The notes under the pieces: model-generated
Database searches by the model: none
The model's input: only the letters and a program-made list of their open reading frames with translations
What the model was told of the DNA's origin: nothing
Part shown: piece by piece, positions 9,374-19,809 of the stretch
Layout: every line of letters begins with the position of its first letter
Position numbering within the stretch: the stretch's first letter is position 1
Made by a program: the position numbers and the translations under genes
Assembly: GCA_964503955.1 (NCBI GenBank)
Contig: CAZDCG010000003.1
Coordinates: 65,522-129,521, forward strand
DNA length: 64,000 nt
Direction: 5' to 3'
From: an uncultured Gammaproteobacteria bacterium
GTDB lineage: Bacteria > Patescibacteriota > Patescibacteriia > VMEV01 > CAYQCH01

Positions 9374-10609
9374 ATGACCCAAAAACAAGCCCTCAAAATG
9401 ATGAAATCCGGGGAGAATATCTTTCTCACCGGCGCGGCGGGTTCAGGCAAAACCTATGTCCTGAACGAATTTATTCTTGGCGCGAAAAAACGCGAGCTTG
9501 AGGTGGCTGTGACCGCGTCCACCGGCATTGCCGCGACGCATATGCAGGGGATGACCATTCATTCCTGGTCCGGGATCGGCATCAAACAGGCCTTGCCGGA
9601 AACAGAATTGAAGCGCATGCAGAATAACCCGGCTCTCGTGCAGCGATACAAACGGACCGATGTGCTGATCATCGATGAAGTGTCCATGATTTCTGCCGAG
9701 CTGCTGGATCTTATCGACAAAGCCGCCAGATACCTGCGGGAAAATGACTGGCCGTTTGGCGGAATGCAGGTGATTCTCTGCGGCGACTTCTTTCAGCTGC
9801 CTCCTGTCTCTCGGGAAAGACAAGCGCGCTTTGCTTTTGACGCGCAATCCTGGCAGCAAGCCGGTTTGCACATTTGCTATCTTGAAAAAAATTACCGCCA
9901 ATCCGATACCACGCTTGAGGCGATCCTTTCCGCCATGCGCCGCAATACGGTCAGCCAGCATATGATTGACCGGCTGCTTGAATGCCAGGAAACGTCCGTC
10001 GATGATCTCTACCGTCCGACAAAACTCTTCACGCATAATGTTGATGTGGATAAAATGAATCTGATGCATCTTGAAGATTTGGAAACAGAAGAACGGAGCT
10101 ATGCCATGACATCAAAAGGAGAGAAATCCTGGGTACAGTCAATCAAGAAAGGGTGTCTGGCGCCTGAGGAGCTGCGCGTGAGAATCGGGGCGGTCGTGAT
10201 GTTTGTAAAGAATAATTTCGCGCAAGGATATGTGAATGGAACCATCGGAGAGGTGGTTGATTTCGGCGACGATAACTTTCCCATTGTGCAGCTCGCAACA
10301 GGCAAGGAAGTCACTGTTTATCCTGAGTCATGGGCTTTGCAGGACGGTGAAACGATCCTCGGTGAGATTGCGCAAGTGCCTCTTCGTTTGGCATGGGCGA
10401 TGACGGTTCATAAGAGCCAGGGAATGAGTCTTGACGCGGCAGAAATCGATTTGCGCAAATGCTTTTTGCCGGGCATGGGATATGTTGCTCTTTCGCGCGT
10501 ACGGTCTTTAGACGGACTCGCACTGAGAGGGATGAACAAAATGGCCTTTGCCGTGAATGAACGCGTCCTCGCATTTGACAGACAGATCAGCCAAGACGCG
10601 AATCTCTAA
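9374..10609 (+). CDS. Pif1/RecD-family 5'-3' DNA helicase (Walker A GAAGSGKT, C-terminal VHKSQGMSLD)
   Basis: motifs in translation. Confidence 0.8.
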   Translation: MTQKQALKMMKSGENIFLTGAAGSGKTYVLNEFILGAKKRELEVAVTASTGIAATHMQGMTIHSWSGIGIKQALPETELKRMQNNPALVQRYKRTDVLIIDEVSMISAELLDLIDKAARYLRENDWPFGGMQVILCGDFFQLPPVSRERQARFAFDAQSWQQAGLHICYLEKNYRQSDTTLEAILSAMRRNTVSQHMIDRLLECQETSVDDLYRPTKLFTHNVDVDKMNLMHLEDLETEERSYAMTSKGEKSWVQSIKKGCLAPEELRVRIGAVVMFVKNNFAQGYVNGTIGEVVDFGDDNFPIVQLATGKEVTVYPESWALQDGETILGEIAQVPLRLAWAMTVHKSQGMSLDAAEIDLRKCFLPGMGYVALSRVRSLDGLALRGMNKMAFAVNERVLAFDRQISQDANL

Positions 10610-10612
10610 GCA

Positions 10613-10648
10613 AAAGAAAAACCCCGCTTCCATGCGGGGCTTGAATCT
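10613..10648. terminator. bidirectional terminator hairpin CCCCGC-ttccat-GCGGGG between convergent helicase genes
   Basis: A-run upstream and T-rich downstream. Confidence 0.6.
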
Positions 10649-11958
10649 TAGAAGTGTACGCGTCGTTTTCGTTTCGGCTGGGATGCGTTTCGGCTTTCTT
10701 GTTTTTTACGCGATACCTGTTTCTCACGCCGTTCAAAACGGCTCGACTGATTGCGGCGTCTTGGGCCGCGATGATGGTGCCTGGTTTGCGCCGGTCCGGC
10801 GAAATCAGAAAGGTCGCTATGATCGCGCTCTTTCAGTTCAGGGAGGGGAGTGATCGGCAGGCGAATTTTGATAAGACGTTCAATCGCTTCCACGTCGCGG
10901 CGCTGTTCAGGCGCGACAAACGAGATTGCTTTTCCTCGCCGGCCTCCGCGCCCCGTGCGTCCGATGCGATGCACATAGTCTTCCGAGTTATCCGGCAAGT
11001 CGTAGTTGATGACAAGTTCGATTCCGGTCACGTCAATCCCGCGCGCTGCGATATCGGTTGCTACAAGGATGCGGTATTTGCCTTTTTTAAATCCCTCAAG
11101 CGCTTCTCGCCGCTGGTTCAGTGAACGGTTTGAATGCAGTTCCGCGGCAGTATGTCCGTTATTGCGGATGATGCGCGCGATTTTTTTCGCACCGTGTTTG
11201 GTGCGGCTGAATACCAGAACGGTTCCTTTGTATTCACCAAGCAAGTTGATAAGCAGGTCAACTTTTTTCTGCTTAGGAACCACAAATAATTCCTGATCCA
11301 CGGTTTTTGCCGTGCTTCCGGCAGGCGCTACCTCCACGCGCAGCGGCTGCTGCATATAGGTGCGAGCGAGATTGCCGATTTTTGCAGGCATGGTGGCTGA
11401 AAAAAGCATGGTCTGGCGTTCTTTTGGAATGACAGCCAAAATCTTTCTGATCTGCGGTTCAAATCCCATATCAAGCATGCGGTCGGCTTCATCAAGCACA
11501 AGCACGCCTACATTTGAGAGGGAAATTTTTTTCTGCATCAAGTGGTCATTCAAGCGGCCCGGTGTGGCAATGATGACATGCGGCTTGGCCTTAATGGCGC
11601 GGATCTGTCTGTCCATAGAGGCGCCGCCAATAAGTACAGCGGTACGCAAGCCAAGCGTTTTGGCCAGTTTAGCCAGCTCTTCTTCCACCTGCAAAGCAAG
11701 TTCGCGCGTAGGGAGCAGCACAAGACCGATGCGTTTGGTTGCGGCAATACGCTGCAGCATGGGAATGGAAAACGCGAGCGTTTTGCCGGTTCCGGTTTGC
11801 GCGATACCGATCAAATCTTCTCCGGTAACGGCAATCGGGATGGCCTTTTGCTGAATAGGAGTTGGCTGTGAGAACGAAAGTTGTTCAAGCCGGCTCAGGA
11901 GACTTGGCGCAATGCCAAGTCCAAAAAAAGACGGCTTTTCTGATGTAACAGTTTTCAT
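10648..11958 (-). CDS. DEAD-box ATP-dependent RNA helicase with basic C-terminal tail
   Basis: GTGKT, PTRELA, DEAD, SAT, HRIGRTGR motifs. Confidence 0.9.
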   Translation of the reverse strand: MKTVTSEKPSFFGLGIAPSLLSRLEQLSFSQPTPIQQKAIPIAVTGEDLIGIAQTGTGKTLAFSIPMLQRIAATKRIGLVLLPTRELALQVEEELAKLAKTLGLRTAVLIGGASMDRQIRAIKAKPHVIIATPGRLNDHLMQKKISLSNVGVLVLDEADRMLDMGFEPQIRKILAVIPKERQTMLFSATMPAKIGNLARTYMQQPLRVEVAPAGSTAKTVDQELFVVPKQKKVDLLINLLGEYKGTVLVFSRTKHGAKKIARIIRNNGHTAAELHSNRSLNQRREALEGFKKGKYRILVATDIAARGIDVTGIELVINYDLPDNSEDYVHRIGRTGRGGRRGKAISFVAPEQRRDVEAIERLIKIRLPITPLPELKERDHSDLSDFAGPAQTRHHHRGPRRRNQSSRFERREKQVSRKKQESRNASQPKRKRRVHF

Positions 11959-12193
11959 AAAATGACCTCATTCCTTATGCCAAATAATCCATCGACAGAG
12001 GCCTGAGAGCGGGAAAAAAATAATTGAGTTCCAATCATACCATGAAATATATTTGTTGTCAACCAAGGGCCGGTTACGGGGACAACTCTCAACCTGAAGC
12101 CGCAATGCATAACATCCGAAACGCAAAGACCCCGCCGGCGAACAATTGATGTTCATGGCGGGGTCTGCAAGTCATGCCGGTACAATAGCCCTC

Positions 12194-12637
12194 CTAGGCC
12201 GGCTTCTTCTTGATGAGACGCACCACGGTATTCCCGCGGCTCGTGGCTGCGAGCACCACTCTGCCGTCACGCACCAGCGCGTCGACATACTTCTTGAGCA
12301 CCTTCACGTCAATTGCCAGATCCCGGCTGAGCCGTTCCACGGTGCGGCTCCCGTGCATCTCCAGATGCAGCATGAGCTCCTGGGTATTGAGCCCCTGGAG
12401 ATCCACGGCCTTGTGCCCCTTCTTGGAGACGAGCTTCTCCTCCAGCTGCTGATCCGCGAGCGTCTGGAGAATCTGCTGCACATACGGATGTTCACCCGTA
12501 TGGTCTGGGCAGTAAGGCTTGCCTTCTCGGGTGGTCTGAGCACAGCCCTCCTTCTCGCAGAAGCGCGACCCGTGGCGTCCGGCGCTGCTACTGGCGAATC
12601 GATCCAGGATACGGACATTGTGCGGTTTCTGTGGCAT
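12194..12637 (-). CDS. GC-rich hypothetical protein with Cys/His zinc-ribbon-like segment (CEKEGC...CPDH) and C-terminal winged-helix-like region
   Basis: AAGGAGGAA RBS then ATG at 12637 (MPQKPH). The ORF-track start at 12730 lacks an RBS. Confidence 0.5.
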   Translation of the reverse strand: MPQKPHNVRILDRFASSSAGRHGSRFCEKEGCAQTTREGKPYCPDHTGEHPYVQQILQTLADQQLEEKLVSKKGHKAVDLQGLNTQELMLHLEMHGSRTVERLSRDLAIDVKVLKKYVDALVRDGRVVLAATSRGNTVVRLIKKKPA

Positions 12638-12751
12638 GCGATTCCTCCTTCTAGCATCATGTAAACCACATTTTGCCATTGTCGTCAAAGCTGTTGACGC
12701 AAGCATAAAATAACTGGACGGAGAGGACATCCATGCTATGATAGTTTCAAT

Positions 12752-13948
12752 ATGATGTCGATATTGCGAATCATTTTCACTTTGAGCTTCTTTTCTCTCG
12801 CATTTCTTCCGTCCGCGGCATTTGCGCAGGAATCACAATTTGAATCTCTTGAGGTAAACGGAGAAGAAGTACTGTCGATCACCCCCGCGGAAATCCGCAG
12901 CGAGTATTTCCGAGGGAAAGTTCTTCGTGTTCTTGAAGACGGTATGATCGAAATCGGCACGTTTCGACAGCCATATCAGAAAGTGGAAGTAGAAATTGTC
13001 AGCGGGCCGGATAAGGGGACAACCTTTGAGCATGAATACCAGATTACCGAATCAAATCAAGAGCAGCAGAAGCTCGAAGCAGGGGACATTGTCGTCGTGG
13101 CCAAAGTCATCGGCCAGCAGACGAGTTATTATGTGGCTGAGCCGTACCGCCTTCCGTCGGTTTTGATGTTTGTGTTCCTTTTCTTCCTGTTGGCGGTCGC
13201 GTTTGGAGGCAAGAAGGGGATTTCAGCTATTGTCGGCTTGGCATTTAGTTTGCTTATCATCGTAAAATTCATTGTTCCCGGCATTGCCGCTGGCAGAGAC
13301 CCGCTGCTGGTCAGCCTTGTCGGATCATTTTTGATTCTGCTGTTTGCGCTCTATCTCGCGCATGGATTTCACAAACGGACAACGATTGCGCTTGGCGGAA
13401 CATTCATCACGCTGGTACTTGCCGCGATTATCTCCTATGTGACGGTTTCTGTTAGCAAGCTTTTCGGACTTGGCTCGGAAGAAGCGCTCTCGCTTTTGCA
13501 GGGACAGTATAAATCCATCAATCTGCAGGGATTGTTGCTTGGAGGTATCATCATCGGTGCGCTTGGCGTGCTTGACGATGTTACCACGGCGCAATCAGCG
13601 ACGGTTCAGGAAATCCATCGGGCAAATCCAAAGCTCGATGCGCGCGAATTGTATCGGCGAGGCATTTCGGTTGGGAAGGAACATATCGCTTCGCTGGTCA
13701 ATACGCTGGCGCTGGCCTATGTCGGCGCCTCATTACCGCTCATGCTGATTTTTACCAAAGTTGATCTCCCGCTCTGGGTGAGTATGAACAGCGAATTCCT
13801 GGTAGAAGAAATTGTCCGCACACTGATTGGCAGCGCCTCGCTTATTCTCGCCGTGCCTATTACCACGTATCTGGCGGCCAAAGCCTTTGAACATGATCCT
13901 ATTGTAGAGGGCGATCATGACGGGCATGTGCATGCGCATATCCACTAG
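12752..13948 (+). CDS. YibE/F-family membrane protein with signal peptide and His-rich C-terminus (GDHDGHVHAHIH)
   Basis: multi-TM YibE/F-like core; His-rich tail. Confidence 0.6.
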   Translation: MMSILRIIFTLSFFSLAFLPSAAFAQESQFESLEVNGEEVLSITPAEIRSEYFRGKVLRVLEDGMIEIGTFRQPYQKVEVEIVSGPDKGTTFEHEYQITESNQEQQKLEAGDIVVVAKVIGQQTSYYVAEPYRLPSVLMFVFLFFLLAVAFGGKKGISAIVGLAFSLLIIVKFIVPGIAAGRDPLLVSLVGSFLILLFALYLAHGFHKRTTIALGGTFITLVLAAIISYVTVSVSKLFGLGSEEALSLLQGQYKSINLQGLLLGGIIIGALGVLDDVTTAQSATVQEIHRANPKLDARELYRRGISVGKEHIASLVNTLALAYVGASLPLMLIFTKVDLPLWVSMNSEFLVEEIVRTLIGSASLILAVPITTYLAAKAFEHDPIVEGDHDGHVHAHIH

Positions 13949-13951
13949 TGT

Positions 13952-14362
13952 ATGCATGATTCATTCAATGAAATCCTTCATGCGGCCGAGCTGAAGGCGA
14001 CTCCGGCCAGACTTGAGCTGATGCGCATCCTGCAACAGAGCGGGGAGCCCTTAAGCGCGTCTGAGATTATCGAACGATTCAAGGCAAGGGGGGTGGATCA
14101 GGCAACCGTCTATCGAAACCTCAGCGCTTTGTCGGCAGCCGGGGTGATTCGCCAAATTGATTTGCGCCATTCGCACGCGCATTATGAACTCGCAAGCGAT
14201 GATCATCATCATCTTGTCTGCCGCCGCTGCGGAACGGTTGAAGATTTTCATGGCTGCGATGCGCGTTCATTGATCACAAAAGCGCTCAGACAAAGCAGCC
14301 GCTTTGAACAGGTAGACGATCATGCAATCGAGTTGTACGGTATTTGCAAAAAGTGTCTTTGA
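13952..14362 (+). CDS. Fur-family metalloregulator (likely Zur-like)
   Basis: wHTH N-term, HHHLVCRRCG...CKKC metal sites. Confidence 0.8.
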   Translation: MHDSFNEILHAAELKATPARLELMRILQQSGEPLSASEIIERFKARGVDQATVYRNLSALSAAGVIRQIDLRHSHAHYELASDDHHHLVCRRCGTVEDFHGCDARSLITKALRQSSRFEQVDDHAIELYGICKKCL

Positions 14363-14602
14363 TTCAAACTCGCCAGACTAACGAGATTAGCCAGACGGAG
14401 TTATCTCTGAATACTGACATGCTGACACGCTGAACGCTTGAGCTGAGTGCTCTCTTTAAGGCCGCAGAACTCAGCCTCAGCATCAGCGCTCAGCAATCAG
14501 CGTTTAGCTTTCGAACTTGTTTTACCCGTCGCCGTATAGCTAAGATTCGTTTTCGTCTAGCCAATCTGGTGAAAATAGGTCATTGGGTGATTACAACGTC
14601 GG

Positions 14603-14631
14603 TTGACAATCCCCTTATTTTTCTGTAATTT
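14603..14631 (+). promoter_or_regulatory. sigma70-like promoter for infB (-35 TTGACA 14603-14608, 17 bp, -10 TAATTT 14626-14631); about 120-nt leader
   Basis: hexamers read directly. Confidence 0.45.
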
Positions 14632-14760
14632 TTAGACACCACAGGCTTAAGAAGAGAGGCCTTGTTTTTGTATCATCATTATTGAACCAATCGCCGCAAG
14701 TATTCAGATCCCAGGGCTCAAATCTCATGAACGCTGAAATCTGAACGCTGCGCCTGAACT

Positions 14761-16764
14761 ATGAGAGATATCAACGTAACCGAACTGGCTCGCCGCCTGA
14801 AAATCCCCACTAAAGACCTTCTCGAACGTTTGCCCGAGATGGGGTTTAGCATTGGAAAGCGCGCCATCAAAATTAACGGAAAAATGGCGCAGGAAATTAT
14901 TGAGAAATGGGATATTCTCAATAAGCTCTATGAAGGAAAACAGGCCAAAGAAAAAGAACAGGCAAAATCTCAGCGAGGGCCTGCAATGGCGATCAAAAAA
15001 TCGATCAGCATTCCTGCATTTATTACGGTGCGGGAATTCTCCGAGCGGGCGGATCTGCCGGTTCCGCAGGTGATACAGGTGCTGATGAAGAACGGTATTT
15101 TCGCTTCGCTGAATGAACGCATCGATTTTGATACCGCGCAGGTTATTGGCGATGATCTTGGCATTGAAGTGCTTGCCGATCAAGCAGATGAGGCTGAATC
15201 GTCCGGCGCGAAAGGTGAACAGGTGGAGCGCGTGCTTGAAAGCGAGAATAAGAAGGACATGAAAAACCGAGCTCCGGTGGTGGTGATCATGGGACATGTC
15301 GATCATGGAAAAACCAAGCTGCTCGATACCATCCGCCAGACCAATGTTGTGGCCGGCGAAGCTGGTGGAATCACCCAGCATATCGGTGCGTATCAGGTTG
15401 AAAAGAAAGAGAAGAAGATCACCTTCATCGATACTCCCGGGCATGAAGCCTTCACCGCGATGCGTTCGCGCGGCGCGCGTATTGCCGATATCGCGATTCT
15501 GATTGTCGCGGCTGATGACAGCGTGAAGCCTCAAACGATTGAAGCCTTGCGCATCATTCAGCAGGCGGAATTGCCAATGATTGTGGCCATCAACAAGATC
15601 GACAAGCCGGATGCCAATATCGACCGCGTGAAATCCGACCTCGCGCAGCATAACTTGACTCCTGAAGAATGGGGAGGCTCCACCATGGTCGCGCAGGTTT
15701 CCGCCATGACAGGCCAGGGCATTGACGATTTGCTTGAAATGATTTTGTTCGTGGCAGAAGACAAGCAGGAAGACATCAAGGCAAATCCAAAAGGCCAGGT
15801 GGTGGGAACAGTTATTGAGTCGCATGTTGACCGCGGAGAGGGACCCGTCGCGACCATTCTGGTACAAAACGGATCGCTTGAACCGGGCGGGTATATCGGT
15901 ATTGAGGGAACGCTCTATGGCCGTGTTCGCGCAATGAAAGACTGGAATGGCAAGAATTTGAAAAAGGCGGTTCCTTCAACCCCGGTAAAAATTCTCGGAT
16001 TTAAAGTAGCGCCAAAAGTCGGAGATATTGTTCTTGTAACGGAAGATCAGCGCGAGCTGAAGAAGAAGATCGCGTATCAGGATTTGGTTAAAGACCGGAC
16101 AGTCGCTGCGGCCAAAACAATTGTCACTGACGAAGAGGAAGACGCAGAAAAGAAGAAATTCAATTTGGTGGTCAAGGCCGACACGCTTGGGTCGCTTGAA
16201 GCTATTGTGGAGTCGCTTGAAAAAATCCATCATCCCGAAATCAGCTTGAAGGTCGCTCAAAAAGGACTTGGCAATATCACGGAAACCGACGTGGCCGCAG
16301 CGGAATCGTCAGGAGCATGGATTCTGGCTTTTCACGTGAAGCCCACAACCAACGCACAGTCATTGGCTCGTGACAAACAAGTAGCCATCCGTGAATACAA
16401 GGTGATCTACGATCTGATCAACGACGTGAAGAAAGAGCTGCAGGCTCTGCTTGGCGAAGAACGCATCGAAACGGAAATCGGCCGCGTGGAAGTACTGGCT
16501 ATTTTCCGTGAAGATCAGGGATTGACGGTAGCCGGGGGCAAGGTGCTGAAAGGCAAGGTCGCCATCAATGGCAAGGTAAAGGTATTGCGGTCCGATATTG
16601 AAATCGGAGAAGGGGATATTACAAGCCTTCAGATCGGCCGCGAATCCGTAACGGACGTAGAAGCGGGCAATGAATGCGGATTTGGTTTCAAAGGCAAGGT
16701 AGGCCTTGAAAAAGGGGACATCTTGCAAATTTTCCATGTTGAGGTCAAGAAAAAACTTCTATGA
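14761..16764 (+). CDS. infB: translation initiation factor IF-2 (short N-terminal form)
   Basis: G-domain [20 protein letters not shown]. Confidence 0.95.
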   Translation: MRDINVTELARRLKIPTKDLLERLPEMGFSIGKRAIKINGKMAQEIIEKWDILNKLYEGKQAKEKEQAKSQRGPAMAIKKSISIPAFITVREFSERADLPVPQVIQVLMKNGIFASLNERIDFDTAQVIGDDLGIEVLADQADEAESSGAKGEQVERVLESENKKDMKNRAPVVVIMGHVDHGKTKLLDTIRQTNVVAGEAGGITQHIGAYQVEKKEKKITFIDTPGHEAFTAMRSRGARIADIAILIVAADDSVKPQTIEALRIIQQAELPMIVAINKIDKPDANIDRVKSDLAQHNLTPEEWGGSTMVAQVSAMTGQGIDDLLEMILFVAEDKQEDIKANPKGQVVGTVIESHVDRGEGPVATILVQNGSLEPGGYIGIEGTLYGRVRAMKDWNGKNLKKAVPSTPVKILGFKVAPKVGDIVLVTEDQRELKKKIAYQDLVKDRTVAAAKTIVTDEEEDAEKKKFNLVVKADTLGSLEAIVESLEKIHHPEISLKVAQKGLGNITETDVAAAESSGAWILAFHVKPTTNAQSLARDKQVAIREYKVIYDLINDVKKELQALLGEERIETEIGRVEVLAIFREDQGLTVAGGKVLKGKVAINGKVKVLRSDIEIGEGDITSLQIGRESVTDVEAGNECGFGFKGKVGLEKGDILQIFHVEVKKKLL

Positions 16765-17105
16765 GCCAGCGTACCGAACAAGTTGCTTCCGTAATCAAAC
16801 AGAGGCTTGGAGAGCTTATCTCCCGCGAAGTCGAGCTGCCATTAGATCATTTGGCCACGATCACAAGGGTTGAGGTTACGCCTGATCTGAAAGAAGCGAA
16901 TGTCTTTATCAGCGTCTTGCCATTTGATTCATCAGAAGAAATTCTTGGCCTGCTCAACGAACAAAGAGGCCGGCTGCAGAAAATGCTGCATGAAGATATG
17001 ACCATGAAATTTTCTCCAAAACTGAATTTGCTGCAGGATACCCAGCCGGAACAGGCATCCGAAATTGAGCGGCTTATCGACGAAGAACTATCGATGTTTG
17101 GGTAG
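16761..17105 (+). CDS. rbfA: ribosome-binding factor A
   Basis: ATGA overlap with infB; RbfA-like sequence. Confidence 0.85.
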   Translation: MSQRTEQVASVIKQRLGELISREVELPLDHLATITRVEVTPDLKEANVFISVLPFDSSEEILGLLNEQRGRLQKMLHEDMTMKFSPKLNLLQDTQPEQASEIERLIDEELSMFG

Positions 17106-17118
17106 GATAGCTTTAGGC

Positions 17119-17147
17119 TTGACATCCCCGCATCCGCACGTTACTAT
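17119..17147 (+). promoter_or_regulatory. sigma70-like promoter (-35 TTGACA 17119-17124, 17 bp, -10 TACTAT 17142-17147) for the DHH gene
   Basis: hexamers read directly. Confidence 0.45.
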
Positions 17148-17169
17148 AACCTGCTTATCGCAGGTTTTT

Positions 17170-18138
17170 ATGTCTTTGACCCAGCTTGAATTCGAAGCGG
17201 CTTTTCAGCTGCTGCAAAGCGCGCAGCGTGTTTTGCTCGTGTCGCATCAAAAGCCGGATGGGGATACGGCAGGGTCCGCTTTGGCGCTCATGCATTGGAT
17301 CCGCTCGCTTGGCAAAGAGGCTGAGCTTTTTTGCTTGCATCCTGTCCCTGATCAATATCATTATTTGCCAGGAGCGCATGAAGTCGTGACGGAACCAACG
17401 ATTTTCACGCGCGAGTGGGATTTGTTGATCACCTGTGATTCTGGCGATCTGGCCTATGCGGGGGTTGCGGAATTCATGCAGCAGCTTCCAAAAAAGCCGG
17501 CCATTATCAATTTTGACCATCATGTCAGCAATACATTCTTTGGCGACGTGAATCTGGTTGATGTGCAGGCTTCGTCTACAGCCGAAGTTGTGTATGCCTT
17601 CTTTCGCCGCAACAATATTGAAATTTCAAAAGAAGTAGCCACCTGCCTGATGACCGGGGTTTTCACGGACACGGGTGGGTTCAGCAATGCTGCTACCAAT
17701 GACCGTGCTTTGCAGATCGCGTCGGAGTTCGTGAAACGCGGGGCATCGGTCCGCCAGGTGCATGACGCAGTTATCGCCAATAAGCATTTGGCCGTTTTCA
17801 AGCTTTGGGGCAAGGTATTGAACCGGCTAAAACAAACCGGACGTGGAATTGCTTATACCTATGTTTTGCAAAAAGATCTGCTGGAGCATGGCCTTGATGA
17901 CGAAGCGGTTGAAGGATTGTCGAATTATCTGAGCAATCTTAGAGATGTGAAAGCAGTCATGGTGCTGATCGAGCGCGAGCACGGAAAAGTGAAAGTCAGC
18001 ATGCGCACTTATCGAAATGATGTGGACTTGGCACGCCTTGCCACGGCATTGGGAGGCGGGGGGCATAAAAAAGCGGCCGGGTTCACATTTGCCGGCCGGC
18101 TTTTAGAGCTTGATGGCGGTATCAAAGTCGCGGCATAA
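17170..18138 (+). CDS. nrnA: DHH/DHHA1 phosphoesterase, NrnA-like oligoribonuclease/pAp phosphatase
   Basis: DHH motif FDHHVSN, GGGH DHHA1 motif. Start taken at internal ATG 17170 to avoid overlap with rbfA. Confidence 0.75.
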   Translation: MSLTQLEFEAAFQLLQSAQRVLLVSHQKPDGDTAGSALALMHWIRSLGKEAELFCLHPVPDQYHYLPGAHEVVTEPTIFTREWDLLITCDSGDLAYAGVAEFMQQLPKKPAIINFDHHVSNTFFGDVNLVDVQASSTAEVVYAFFRRNNIEISKEVATCLMTGVFTDTGGFSNAATNDRALQIASEFVKRGASVRQVHDAVIANKHLAVFKLWGKVLNRLKQTGRGIAYTYVLQKDLLEHGLDDEAVEGLSNYLSNLRDVKAVMVLIEREHGKVKVSMRTYRNDVDLARLATALGGGGHKKAAGFTFAGRLLELDGGIKVAA

Positions 18139-18197
18139 AGCTAAAAAGCTGAAAAACTGAGAATCTGAAAATGAATAAAGAGCCGGTTTTCAGTTTT

Positions 18198-18452
18198 TTA
18201 GTTTTTCAGATTTTCCGTTTTGCCGCCAAAAATCTCGTTCAACAGCGATCTCGCCAACCGGTCTCGCTCTTCCTGGTCGGTTTTTTTATCGTGAATAATA
18301 ATTCTTACGGATGCGCCTTTTTCCGCGCCGTTTGGCAAGAGGTGTTTTGGCCAGCGCAGCTCCTGCCCGTCGTTCAATGCCAAAACCGCTTCGTTTTCAA
18401 GAAGCTCTTTAATCTTCGCGCTCTGCGCATGTGGATGGTTTAGTTCGGCCAT
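18198..18452 (-). CDS. small hypothetical protein (84 aa)
   Basis: ORF bounded by hairpin terminator at 18140-18200. Confidence 0.5.
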   Translation of the reverse strand: MAELNHPHAQSAKIKELLENEAVLALNDGQELRWPKHLLPNGAEKGASVRIIIHDKKTDQEERDRLARSLLNEIFGGKTENLKN

Positions 18453-18553
18453 AAAAGATCACTTACTATATGACGAAGCGGCTGCCATGTCAAGCAGGCA
18501 GGAAAAAGAAAAACCCCGGGACGGGGCTTTTTGCATGAGAGCGGGAAGAGGGA

Positions 18554-19036
18554 TTAAGCTGATTTTACGGTAATCTTTCGCGAAGGAGTCGCTTTTGGCA
18601 TGCGGATGGTTAAAATACCGTCTTTAAGAATCGCCTCGATTCGATCAGAAACAACGTCTACAGGCAGGACAATGGAACGGCTGAACTGGCCCCAGTGGCA
18701 TTCCTGGTAAAGGAGATTTTTACTATGCACTTCTGAGCTTCGCTTGCGCTCTCCCTTGATCGTTAAAACATCGTCGTGAATGGAGATATCCAGGTCTTCC
18801 GGTCGCACGCCCGCAATTGGAGCTTCAATAATCAAATCAGCCGGAGTTTGATAGATATCCAAAGCAAGCTGGCCATGTTCGCGTTCCTGAGAAAGCAAAG
18901 CCAGCTGGGAATGATGTTCATCAAGATCATGGTCAACCGGAAGAGATGGCTTGATCTCGTCCTTCATCCGCTTCGCGATCTCTTTCCAGGATGCCTGATT
19001 GTCGACAAGGAAATAATTGGAGTCTGAAATTTGCAT
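18554..19036 (-). CDS. Hsp20/alpha-crystallin family small heat-shock protein
   Basis: alpha-crystallin domain, GILTIRMPK. Confidence 0.85.
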   Translation of the reverse strand: MQISDSNYFLVDNQASWKEIAKRMKDEIKPSLPVDHDLDEHHSQLALLSQEREHGQLALDIYQTPADLIIEAPIAGVRPEDLDISIHDDVLTIKGERKRSSEVHSKNLLYQECHWGQFSRSIVLPVDVVSDRIEAILKDGILTIRMPKATPSRKITVKSA

Positions 19037-19114
19037 AGAACCTCTGCCAATAGTTTACCATATTTGCAGACGGGGGATCCATAAACGAAAAAGCCCCGTT
19101 TAGGGGCGGCTTTT

Positions 19115-19639
19115 TCAGGCTCTTTGCGGAGCGTACTGCTTTCCAAGATGCATATCTTCTTTGGCGAGCACCATAATCCATTGCGGATGCCTGCCGGTTC
19201 CGTCAATCCAGCGTTTATGAAATTCATCGAGCGTAAAGGAAAAGTTTTTCCCATTCCAAGGATCGTTGAGCGTGATCATTTCGTCTTTCAACCCGGAAAC
19301 AACCGCATAGTGTCCGATTTCTTCATCCGGTTCGATGTAATTCACGATGACCGGTAATCCTTTGCCGAGAAAATGTTTGAGTTCATCAAAGCTGGATTCA
19401 TTATTCACGTAACAATGAAATCCGGCTTTGGTGGCCGCCTCGATCATTCCCTGATTCGAGGTTCCGACAAAGGGTTTTGATTCAGCGATTTGAGCGATTT
19501 CTTCCTGCTCCTTGAAAATCGAAAAATAGGCAAAGACCATTTGCAGGCTTGCCGGTCCGCAGTAGTAATCATTTTTCTGCCAGCGAAGAGGAATTTTAAG
19601 ATGCATAGGCGTGTGAAAATCGTTTGGGTAGTAAACCAT
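19115..19639 (-). CDS. stand-alone papain-like C39-type peptidase domain protein (YYCGPASLQMV)
   Basis: Cys motif and downstream His consistent with C39_2. Confidence 0.65.
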   Translation of the reverse strand: MVYYPNDFHTPMHLKIPLRWQKNDYYCGPASLQMVFAYFSIFKEQEEIAQIAESKPFVGTSNQGMIEAATKAGFHCYVNNESSFDELKHFLGKGLPVIVNYIEPDEEIGHYAVVSGLKDEMITLNDPWNGKNFSFTLDEFHKRWIDGTGRHPQWIMVLAKEDMHLGKQYAPQRA

Positions 19640-19809
19640 GGTGGAGCAATCAAATCAAGAGAAATCTGAATGGAAACGAAGGAGGGTGGACTTTCATGGT
19701 ATTTTATGTTATATTGCGATGCTACCCGTACGGGTGGAATCGGGGTTTTCCCGATGCGTGAAGTCTTCACACGCAAGACATGAAGGCATGTTCAAATCGG
19801 AGGTGCCGT

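Noticed and set aside
14725-15867. 380-aa minus ORF antisense to infB (with similar long antisense ORFs in gyrA, pnp, ftsH and the M23 gene)
   Set aside because: Antisense to strongly conserved genes; no motifs.
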